Source of the DNA: Felis catus
Lineage: Eukaryota
NCBI RefSeq assembly: GCF_018350175.1
Contig: NC_058368.1
Location: 167,836,001 to 167,900,000, forward strand
DNA: 64,000 bases
Reading direction: 5' to 3'
The first letter of the stretch is position 1. Every line of letters starts with the position of its first letter. Positions 25,026 to 35,245 of the stretch are shown here, piece after piece. The position numbers were made by a program, and so were the translations under genes. The notes under the pieces were generated by a model. It made no database searches, was not told the DNA's origin, and saw nothing but the letters and a program-made list of their open reading frames with translations.

Positions 25026-25211
25026 CAAGGTGTGTGGAATACTTCCTCAGACTTCTATGTTAATATTCATTTACTATTTGTGAAATGGTGTATACCTATT
25101 ACTTAGTATAAACTATGAAAATGAGACCTTTAAATAGATCAAATACAGACAACTGCAGACATTTGTAGTTAAATGTGGCCAGTGACAGGTAAACCTGAAC
25201 ATACCATCACA

Positions 25212-25368
25212 ATATATGTGTGTGCCTATGTATATACATGTATGTATATGTATGTATATATTTATGTGTGTGTATATATATACATACATATATATGTATA
25301 TATGTATGTATATATATACACACATATATATGTATATATGTGTATACACACACACACACACACACACA
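25212..25368. repeat. Compound (TA)/(TG)/(CA) microsatellite
   Basis: Directly visible alternating purine-pyrimidine tract. Confidence 0.95.
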
Positions 25369-25390
25369 TTTCTTCTTTTTGGATATATAG

Positions 25391-25770
25391 ACGAGGCTAT
25401 AACTCACCTATACTAAAATGTCATTTTTAAGCTTTTATCCATTTGGAATTATTTTTATAATGGAATTTCATATCATATTTTGGGGTGAAGACTTACCTTT
25501 TAGTAAACTGTATATGTTTCATATTTACTCTGGGCCTCATCTACCTCAGGCAGCTGTGGCCTCCTGTGGTAATTTGTGGGTCTACCTTCGTGCCTCTGGG
25601 CAACATTTCTTGAGAATGAAGTATGGGACTGCAGACAAACTCAGCAAGAATATAAGGGCATGGCCACGCTGGCAACCAATCTAATACGATGCCCAAATGA
25701 ACTGAAAAGGAAGAGAGGCAGACTACACGCCTAAAGCAAACTTTTTTTTTCCAGGAAGTTTAGCAAATCT
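25391..25770 (+). pseudogene. Degraded block L
   Basis: Phase-0 acceptor tatag in frame with ORF 25418-25684. LWVYLRASGQHF resembles the LLTP motif AYL(K/R)ILG(Q/E)E; later *KGREADY resembles APOB RKGSKNDF. 3' end uncertain. Confidence 0.6.
25497..25701 (-). ncRNA. Candidate non-coding exon antisense to block L
   Basis: Minus-strand cctctcttccttttcag acceptor; AAG|gtaagt donor; 205 nt; stops in all frames. Confidence 0.4.
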
Positions 25771-27387
25771 GGTTAAATTCCCTAGATCCAAATGTACATT
25801 TTGACCTTTTCTTGGAAACTAGATGACAAGCCAGCCAAAGAGTGAGAATCATTTTTACTAATTCATATTTTTTGAAACCACACTCTTTAAACATCACAAG
25901 TATTCAAGATGTGTTCTAGTTAGCATTGCTAAATGTAAATAAGATATACCTGGAAATTATTACCTTAAGCTTCATATACTACAGCAAAATTGGTAAAAAC
26001 CATTTTAAATAAAGGGAAAATAAAAAACAATATAGTGTCCACCAAAGAGACTATGAATAATATAATAATCGTGAAAGGAGGAATGGTTTACGACCATCTG
26101 CTATCTGGTAAGTGCTTTTATATACATTTCCTCAATTAGTCCTCATCCCATTCTCATGACATAGATGCTAATGGTATTATATAAATGAGGAGGCTATACT
26201 CCAAATGAGGCTGAACAACTACAACTTAAGTTCCATAGTTAATAAGAGGTAGGGCCGGGACTGGAGCTCTAGCACATGGTCCATTGACTGTCCATCTCAC
26301 CTCAGAACACTAAATAATTAGAAACAACTTGGAAAGGAAAGAAGGCAAAAGAATTTGGGTGGCGAGAACATGCCTATGAACAGGTCTATTAAATACAAAT
26401 TGTTATAAATAGTAAACTAAAGTAACCAAAGAGATTAAAAAACAACTAAGGAATGGGCTATCCTCTCATTTAAACAGTCTGAAAAAGACAAAGAAACTAC
26501 ACGGTCATAAACGCTATGCAATATTTGGTAACCTATAATACTACTGTCACATTAAACTTAATTTTCTTTCAGTTAGGTGTACATCTCAAGCAGTCTCCAT
26601 TCTGCATGGATACAAGGTAGCTCTTTCCCAGTCAGACTGAGAAATATATCAACTTTTGAGTCACAATTAATATTTTAGTAAAATAGATAAAACTCCCATG
26701 ACATGCACAGCAGTTCTTTGATAAATGGAGCAAAATACTAATAGCTAATTTGCACCCTCCTACCCTCTTGTCCTCTACCTCTCCTTGACCATATCATCCA
26801 TTTACACTTCACACATTTACCTTATAAAGATCTATGAAGTGTGACTACAGTGTAATGAATAAGGAATACTTTCAAAAGATGACTAATTTGAAGGAGATGA
26901 CAGTGATCTAAATAGGGAAGTTCTAGTATGCTGGTTAAAGATTAGTAACATTACTTTATAGATGTTCTTTGTTCATTGTGAATGAAATTATGCAGTAGCC
27001 ACAGGCTACTGAATGTACATATAAGCTCAGTACTCAACACCTGTGTAATCCCAGCTCAGGATGGCTGCAAACTAATCCCTCTTCAAAGCAAAGCAAAACA
27101 CACACACACACAAAAGGAATCAACCAAGCAAACAAATAATGCACAGGATTCTACTTGGTATTCCCTTTACTTAGTAATACGCTAATAACTATCACTATTT
27201 TGGTTACTTACTTATAAGGAGATTTATTTGCTAATTTCACCAATACTCGAATATTGCCTTCTGCATGAAGAGAAATCTATTCATTTATTCAACAACTATC
27301 TAAGTATCTATTAGGTTCCAGGCACAGTTCTTAGGCACTGCAATATGAAAGAATGAATTGGGTGGGATACTGATAGAAAATATATTC

Positions 27388-27593
27388 TTTTTTTTTTTTT
27401 AAGTTTTATTTATTTATTTATTTTGAGAGAGAGCAGGGGAAAGGCAGAGAGAGAGGGAGACAGAGAATTCCAAGCAGGCTCCATGCTGTCAGCACAGAGC
27501 CTGATGGAGGGCTTGAACTCACCAAAACGAGATCGTGACCTGAGCCGAAACCAAGACTAGGATGCTTAACTCACTAAGCCACCCAGACACCCC
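27388..27593 (-). mobile_element. Can-SINE
   Basis: Flanks aaaatat(a/g)ttctttt; SINE consensus in reverse. Confidence 0.95.
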
Positions 27594-27872
27594 AAAAATA
27601 TGTTCTTTTTAAGCCAAAATGTCCAAATACTAAAATTTAAATGAACCTGGAGCCCTCATTAGAGAAAATGATATATATGAAAACTGAGAAACATAACCAA
27701 AAATCTGTATAAAATTAATTCCCTATAAAGAGCCATGTGTTCAAAAATAGGGAGAATACCATGTGTGTTAGGGTAGTCAGGAAAGACTCTTGTAGAAGTA
27801 GGCTGTAAGCTGAGCCATGACACTGTGGACTGGGAAGGGATGAGGGGGCATTCTAGAAATGGGGTAGGTGAT

Positions 27873-28085
27873 TGGGGCGCCTGGGTGGCTCAGTCGGTTA
27901 AGCGGCCGACTTTGGCTCAGGTCATGATCTCGCGGTCTGTGAGTTCGAGCCCCACGTCGGGCTCTGTGCTGACAGCTCAGAGCCTGGAGCCCGTTTCGGA
28001 TTCTGTGTCTCCCTCTCTCTGACCCTCTCCCATTCATGCTCTGTCTCTCTCTGTCTCAAAATGAAATAAATGTTAAAAAAAAAAA
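27873..28085 (+). mobile_element. Can-SINE
   Basis: Flanking duplication agaaatggggtagg. Confidence 0.95.
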
Positions 28086-28149
28086 GAAATGGGGTAGGGG
28101 AAGCAAAGGCTCTGGGTAAGGAATGCACATGGCAGCATGCAGTTCAACA

Positions 28150-30020
28150 ATCATATCAGTGATGACCTGATCATATCAGAACACATGAATCTATGGAGAG
28201 AAACAACGGGCATCAATGTATGGTCTTCCTGGGAAGGTCGTAAGTGCTAGTCTCGGAAGCTGAACTGTACTGAAAGCCCCCAACAGCCTTACACTCATAA
28301 ATCCATGGCAGTGATCTCCTTCTGAAATGATTCTTCTTGCTGTGCTGACACACACTGTTGCTGGCTGCAGCATGGCAAGTGGCCACAGTGATAAACTCTG
28401 CCCCATGTTAATTATGACTAACCAAACTTGTGACAATCCCACTTGTGCACTTAAATGAACATAAACAGATGTTTACAGCAACGTATATTGAGATTCTGAG
28501 GGGAAAATGAACAAAATTAAACAGAATTCTGTACTATAAACCAATGTAGAGCGAGTAAAAATACAGTGAAGTAGTATTTCCAGGCAGACCATTTTGAAGT
28601 CTCATTATTAACTCCTTTAAGTGGGTCCTGAGTACTTCACAACAATTGCGCCAAGTTTCCATGGAAAGAACCACAATTTGTGCATAGTGCTTCAAGACTG
28701 TCAAATTAGTTTCAATAATGATACCTACTGTATGTGAACAATGTTTATTGCTCAGTGGCTACACATAACTTGAATATTCTTTAGACTAACAGAGCTTTAA
28801 ACCATAATTAGCTGCCTTGCCTAATGAGCACATTGGAACTTTAGGAAGGTGATTGAATGAAATCGTCTTCAAAATCCTTAAGCAACTGTGTGAATGATGG
28901 AAATACAAAGAATAGCTATTAGCTTTGCAGGCCTTTGAAACATTTTCCTCCTGCACTAAAACATTTCGCCAGCCTATCCTGCTTCATAAGCTTAAGTAGC
29001 AAAATCTTACTTTTCTCACTAATTAAGGCCTTTTGCCTCAGGGATTGTTCAGGAAAACATAATACAAATGGCAGCATCCCCTTCACTTCCTTGCCCAATG
29101 AATTCTGAGACTTTAAATAAAATATAAAGCACGAATGCAGGGATAATAGAGGCGAGTGGAAAGTTGCATATAAAGACAGGAAGGATGCTAAAGTTAACCT
29201 ATGTTAATGTAGCTTCTCCCAAATAATCCCAGGCAGAATTCCGTAAGCCTCACTCTCCAGGTGCTGGGACCAGACCAGAACTGGCCTCTACTTCAAGGAG
29301 ATCTAACCATCTCAGGGATGAAAGTCAATCTTGAACAAGGTAAACACATATGTTTACAATTACATTACAAAAATTGATGCCTAATGGCTTAATATGTAGA
29401 ATATATATTGGTTGCCTTCTAAGAATACTCCTTCCTTAGAAAAGTAAGGACACTAAATTATTCTTGGACAGCTACACACATTGAACTAAAGTGACCTCAC
29501 CATAAGCCACTCACATCAATGCAGGTAGAATCTTCAATGTCATTTGCTTGTAGGAAGAGAAGTTATCTAGACTGGGTGAAGGCCTGGCCATGGGGGATTA
29601 AGAGACAAACTATTCAAAGGATTCAAGAAAGTAGCCATTACAGAAAGAAAAATAATAGAATCAGGCCTGACTCTTTTGAAAACGAAGAGAGAAGCAAATA
29701 AAAATTAATTAAAAAATCTTACATTCCTCAAAACTTAAATCAGTGGAAAATTACAAGTAAAACTACGAAGACTTCCACTTCACAGATGAAGAAGGCTGAC
29801 GCAGACTTCTAAGGCTCATTGTTTCAGTCTTCCAATGTGCAAAATAAGAACCAGTGTAATATGATACAGGCTCAAGAAAGAGTGTTTCTCTGAAACCCAC
29901 AGCAAGCAAGCATCAGACTGGAAGGGGTAAAAGTGTAAGTGTCCATTAGAGCCAGAAACATGCCAGAGACATCTCTGATATTCCTAGAATCCAGAACATT
30001 CATGGTCCTAGAAAATGGCA
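28150..30020 (+). pseudogene. Long degraded block M (A-sheet, light chain-like region, start of VWD-like domain)
   Basis: Ordered motifs HTVA (28351), CQISF (28699), FIAQWLH, LEL*EGD (28833), FSLIKA, QMAA (29065), EWKVA (29157), NQCNMIQAQERVFL (29849), spaced much like the vitellogenin equivalents. Multiple frameshifts must be assumed. Confidence 0.45.
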
Positions 30021-30042
30021 ATAAAATAAGATATATGAGGCA

Positions 30043-30258
30043 GGGCACCTGGGGGGCTTAGCTGGTTAAACATCTGAGTCTTGATTTCAGCTCAGGTCAT
30101 GATCTCATGGTTCATGGGATCAAGCCCCACGTAGGGCTCCACACTGACAGCACAGAGCCTGCTTGGGATTTTCCCTCTCTCCCTCTCTCTCTGCCCCTCC
30201 TCTGCTCATGCATTTGGTCTCTCTCTCTCTAAGTATACAAATAAACTTAAAAAAAAAA
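30043..30258 (+). mobile_element. Can-SINE
   Basis: TSD ag(a/c)tatatgaggca. Confidence 0.9.
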
Positions 30259-30366
30259 GAAGCTATATGAGGCAAAATATTAGGAGACAAAGATAATCAG
30301 GAGTTTCACAAATTACGATTACAAGAGACTCAAACTAACAAACTTTAAAAAACACTAAGAAAGTTT

Positions 30367-30810
30367 GGGGTACCAGGGTGGCTCAGTCAGTTAAGAGTCC
30401 GACTTGTGCTCAGGTCACAATCTCGCATTTAGTAGGTTCGAGCCCTATGTGGGGCTCTGTGCGGACAGCTCAGAGCCCGGAGCCTGCCTCAGATTCTGTG
30501 TCTCCCTTGGTCTCTTCCCCTCCCCCACTCATGCTCTGTCTCAATCTCTGTCTCAAAAAATGAATAAACATTTAAAAAAGAACTGTTTTGGGGCGCCTGG
30601 GTGGCTCTGAGCTCTGAGCGTCCGACTTCAGCTCAGGTCATGATCTCACACTCCGTGAGTTCGAGCCCCGTGTTGGGCTCTGAGCTGACAGCTCAGAGCC
30701 TGGAGCCCGCTTCAGATTCTGTGTTTCCCCCTCTCTCTGCCCCTCCCCTGCTCATGCTCGGTCTCTCTCTGCCTCAAAAATAAAAAAAACATTAAAAAAA
30801 ATTTTTAAAA
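30367..30810 (+). mobile_element. Two Can-SINEs in tandem (30367-30578, 30589-30810)
   Basis: Two heads and two A tails; second copy flanked by gaactgtttt. Confidence 0.95.
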
Positions 30811-30819
30811 GGAACTGTT

Positions 30820-32900
30820 TTTAAATACTAAGAAAATTTAGTAAGTGAGCCAGTTACAAGATCCACAAAACCAAATGCATTCAAATTTAGTAACAACAAC
30901 CAGTTAAAATTTAAAAGAAAAAGATCTCACTGATAATAGTAAAAAAAAAAAAGGTATACAGGAATAAACTTTAAAAAATATGAAATAGCTTTGTAGAGAA
31001 AATTGTAAAACTTTAGTAGAGGGCATAAAAGAAGACCAGAAATGGAGAGCTATGTCCAATTTATGGATGGGAAAATTCACTGCAGAAAAATCTATACACT
31101 GAATGTATACCAACATAGTTTTTAAGTGAAATTTAAGAAATTGGTTGTAATATTACTATGGAAGAATACTGTGTAAGAATAGGGAAGACAATTTTGAAAA
31201 AGAATTCAGGGAGGATAAATCTACCAGATGTCCAGTCACAACATAAAGTTACAATAATGAAAACGTATTGTACTGGCGAGGGGATAGACAAATAGAAGAG
31301 ATCCCAGAAATAGGCCCCAATACATGGAAATGTTGTTTATGAGAGAAGCACCGTATCAAATCAGGGGCAAAAAGATATCAATAGATGATTCTGGAGACAA
31401 TTCACGATCCTTATATAAAAATATGTAGATCCCAACCTCATCTATAAAATAAATTCCAGGTGGATTAAAGACCTGAACTTTAGAAGAAAACTGAAATAAT
31501 TACTAAATACTATGGAAGAATATTTTTGGGCTCTGGGTTGGGGCAGGACTTAATAACAGAAAACACACTATGTCAGCTCTGTGGCTGGCACTTTACATGT
31601 ATTAATTCCTATACCTCATGACAACCTATAAAGTAGATGTTATTATTATCCTCATTTTACAGCTGAGAAAATGAAGGCATCAAGAGGTTATGTAAGTTGT
31701 CTAAGACCTCAGAGTTGGTAAGTGGCAGAGCTAGGATTGAAATCTCAACTGTCAGAGCCTAAAGCACACAAAAGAATAGATTGATAAGTGTGGCCCTATA
31801 AAATTCCATCTTTTTAAAGACAAAGATACTTTAAGCTAAGGGAAGTAAGTGGCAGATCGAGAGAAAACACTTGCAGCACGTAACAAAGGACTGGTATCCA
31901 GAATACATTTTTTAAAACTTGGCAAAAGTCTACAAAAATAGAAAACTGTACTAGGGCTACAAATAATTTAGAGGGGAAATAAAACTGGCTAAGAAACACA
32001 TAAAAAGTATTCATCTTCATTTATAATTAGGAACATTCAAATTAAAATATCACTTAGGGGACATTTCTTATTGGACAGAACAGCAAATAAAAAGGTTTGA
32101 TGATATAATGTGTTAGGAGGAGTAAGGAAAATGAACACTCTCTTATACTGCTCAGGGAATTATAAATCAATGTGACCACTTTAAAGAGCAATTTGGAAGT
32201 ACCAATTAAACTGAAAATGAGTACAACTTAGGATCCAGACATTTACGATACTAACAGCTCACTTTATGGAGCGCTTACTAGGTGCCAAGCCTGTAACTCA
32301 GCACCTTGCATACCTAAACCCATCTAATCCTTAAAACAACTCTATGATGAGGAGAATGAAGCTTAGATTGTTTGGGTAACTCATCCAAGGTCCCGTAGCT
32401 AGTAAGTCAAGAGCTGGGATTTAACCAGCAAAATACATTGCGTCACTATGCACAAGGAGGGCCACTGAGGAATCTGTAATAGTGAAAGCATGAAAAAAGG
32501 AACTTAATGTTCTTCAAAAAGGGAGATGAATAAAATATGGTATATTCATTTCATGGAGTTCACAAAGTGGTTAAAAAAATGAGCTAAATCTGTATGTATC
32601 AATACAGATGAATCTCAAAACAATATTGTTGAATGAAGAGGCATGTTGTTAAAAGATGTTTACACTAGAATTCCTTTACATAAAAAAATAAATACAATAC
32701 TACATGTTTTTGATGAATACATACACATATGAATATATATATAAAGATAGCCTAAAAGAACTACACATATTACAGTGTTTTCCACTTGGGAAGTAGGGTG
32801 GTGGCTAAAAGGTATTTACCTGCAACATTATACATGTTTTTAAAGGACAAAGTATTCATGTATTATCAGTGCAGTTAAAATGTAATAATAAAGTTCACAA
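30820..32900 (+). mobile_element. Old L1M ORF2/3' remnant with MIR segments (about 31570-31760, 32250-32430)
   Basis: ggaataaacttta...tccaatttatggatgggaaaattc...aaataaattccaggtggattaaagacct...aaaatatggtatattcat. Confidence 0.8.
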
Positions 32901-33189
32901 TTTGGCCCAAAAGGCTCAGGTTCAAGTTCCTGCTTTGCCACTTACTTTTCATACTTGCCCAAGGAATCAAATGTTATAAAGAGGTGTACTTTAAGGACTT
33001 AAGGAAGACTTTATGTCTGATGTGTAGGCAAGCCCTGGGACCCTTTTAGAGAGAGAGTTTCAGTGGCTTGACTAGGTGGGAAACAGCTATCATAAGATTG
33101 TTAGGTGGTTTAAAAGCAGTGACTATATTGAATTTATTTTGTATCTTAACACACCATTTTGTCTTTTCACACAATACCTCACAATAAAT

Positions 33190-33650
33190 ATTTATTCATT
33201 ATTAGAAACTTTAGGAGGGTGTGTGCTTGTATGGGTGGGTCAGGGCAAAAGCTGAGGAAGCTGGTATGGCCTCTGAATGACTACAGGACAGCAGCTATGA
33301 AGGAGAAAGAGATGGTGACATTTTTTTGGGACCGGCAGATTGAAGGGGTTTGGCAAGCTGCCTTCATTGCATTCTGAGCAGGCAGAAGTGGAGGTATAGA
33401 AACGATGTCAAGTCTCGGAGCTGAGCAGAGGACATGAGACGAGAGAAGCACATGCGCAGATCACTGGGTTGAGAGAAACATTTTCTCTGGGATAGGAGCA
33501 AAGGAAAAGAAGAACCATGAAGAGATGGTGGTGATGCTGATGATGGTTCCCTTGATCCTCTGGGGACCTTACTTGGGTACAAAAGCTTTAGAGCTGCCTT
33601 AAGAATTGTGGAACCTTCAGTGATGCAGATCCACGATCTCTTCACTGCAC
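33190..33650 (+). pseudogene. Candidate terminal block (VWD C-half and C-terminal Cys peptide)
   Basis: RVCACMGGSGQ...DYRT...VTFFW (ORF 33159-33377) resembles QTCGLCGKADGE...EYRT...VSFAHSW. KS(L)ELP*......*CRST near 33580-33635 resembles the vitellogenin end KSVDLRE......ACRCT. Confidence 0.35.
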
Positions 33651-34417
33651 CCCACCCTGGAGAAGAGGGGTGCAGGCTGGTAAGGATGAAAGGCCACATT
33701 CTAATCCTTAGACTCCTCTCCTTATGTATGTCTAAGGAGAGCATTCAGGGCTTGGCATCATAAACTCAGCACAGGAGGATGCTATCTGCTAAGGGCAACA
33801 GTATCACTGCTCATTCTGAAAATACGGATGGTTGGGGGTGGAAATGCAAATCCAAGTTAGGGCCAACCGGGGCAATTTAGGGCTGCTAAAAACATGTAAG
33901 ACCATGTGCCACACAGGACTGAAATGAACATATTTGGATGAGCTTATTCAGAAAAACAGAAAAAAACAGAGAGGGAAAACTTGCGATTTCATTCTGTGAG
34001 GTTTTTTGTTTTTGTTTTTTTCCCCACAAGAAGCACTTCATACAATGACATGAATATAAAATGCAACCATAAGTCCATCATATGAAAGTTCAGCATTCTA
34101 CAGGAATATTTCATTATAGATTTAGTAGGAAATCTGGTAAAATGCTTCCTGTTGAATCTAGCTTTTCTTTAAATCCTACATGCAGGTTGTTGAAACCAGA
34201 ACAGTGTTCAAACCAGAGTTTGGTCAACTGAGGTGGGCACCTGAGGTACTAGAATCAATGGGGAAGTGACCACTTATGTCTGTGGATCACACCCCTCCTA
34301 AATTAACATTTTGAAACAAGATTGCAACGTCCCTACTAAAAACACCCACATAAGGGAATTGCATTGTCTGCTGAGAGGTAAAAGAGATGATGGGCAAGAT
34401 AAACTTTCCCCAACCAA

Positions 34418-34646
34418 TTTTTTTTTTTTAATTTTCTTTTTTTGAACGTTTATTTATTTTTGGGACAGAGAGAGACAGAGCATGAACGGGGGAGGGGCAG
34501 AGAGAGAGGGAGACACAGAATCGGAAACAGGCTCCAAGCTCTGAGCCATCAGCCCAGAGCCCGACGTGGGGCTCGAACTCATGGACCGCGAGATCGTGAC
34601 CTGGCTGAAGTCGGACGCTTAACCGACTGCGCCACCCAGGCGCCCC
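34418..34646 (-). mobile_element. Young felid SINE (SINEC_Fc type)
   Basis: TSD tttccccaaccaattt; CpG-rich. Confidence 0.95.
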
Positions 34647-34699
34647 TTTCCCCAACCAATTTAAGCCTAGGCCTGGAAGACACTACTCTTTTTAGGTAT

Positions 34700-35245
34700 A
34701 CGGTTGCAAAAGATATTCACTGGCTGCCTCCTAATTATTTGGTCTCCATCCTCTTTCCCTTGTTCTAAAAACATGCAGATTTTCCTTTAAGAATTAACCC
34801 ATCCCCCAATTCTTAGCTGTACCTAGATGGAATTCAACATATCTTCAACTCTGGAGCTAAGGTTTTGAAGAGCCCCATCTACCTGGCCAAAGTGATTAGT
34901 GAACATTTGACATTAGTCAATCCCCCCAAAGTAAATCCCAGGGCTTCTTGCTGGGAGTGCTGGGACAGCCTTTTTCCTCCCTTGGGACAGTACTTATGAT
35001 GTCTTAGGTCTAGAACCACTATAGCCCTTTTTGTTACCACAAGGAGGGTGGGCCTAAGGACAACACCAATACATTGAGGGAGGCAGAGTGGAAAGAGCTA
35101 CAGAAATACAGAGCCGGAGGCTGAGAGCCTGGAACTGCTGGTCCAAACCCTGTGTGTAACTAGAACTACCTCTCCAGTTCCAGGAGCCAATCAAATTCAC
35201 CCCTCCTATTTTGTTTAGATTGTTTGTATTTTTATTAATTGCAAC
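34700..35245 (+). mobile_element. MaLR (MLT1-like) solo LTR
   Basis: Ends gagccaatcaaattc...ttgcaaccaaaagattcctaactga, typical MLT1 3' end. Confidence 0.7.

Larger units (their letters stand above)
24404..25188 (+). pseudogene. Degraded block K (C-sheet), interrupted by two SINEs
   Basis: After excising each SINE plus one TSD: LNIFLKRVYPKLKTLS (vitellogenin CNIALKLLSPKLDSMS), then GILPQTSML...LLSINYENETF (APOB YLPKESML...LIEIGLEGKGF). Donor CAG|gtaaac, phase 0. Confidence 0.6.
13060..33650 (+). pseudogene. Decayed multi-exon gene, probably a large lipid transfer protein (vitellogenin/APOB/MTP superfamily) unitary pseudogene
   Basis: About a dozen collinear + strand blocks. Several have branch point, pyrimidine tract, AG and GT signals with compatible phases, and carry in-frame stops, frameshifts and transposon insertions. 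Translations resemble LLTP domains in the correct N-to-C order (manual comparison only). Confidence 0.65.

Noticed and set aside
25113..25430. Overlapping Y/I/C/V/M-rich ORFs on both strands
   Set aside because: Microsatellite translation.
31872..31890. miR-16-like seed (gcagcacgtaa)
   Set aside because: Only a partial match, inside L1 sequence, with no evident hairpin.
13060..33650. Naming the fossil VTG1/2/3 or APOB
   Set aside because: Identity is low, the exon layout differs, no phosvitin run is seen, and no flanking genes are in the window to test synteny.
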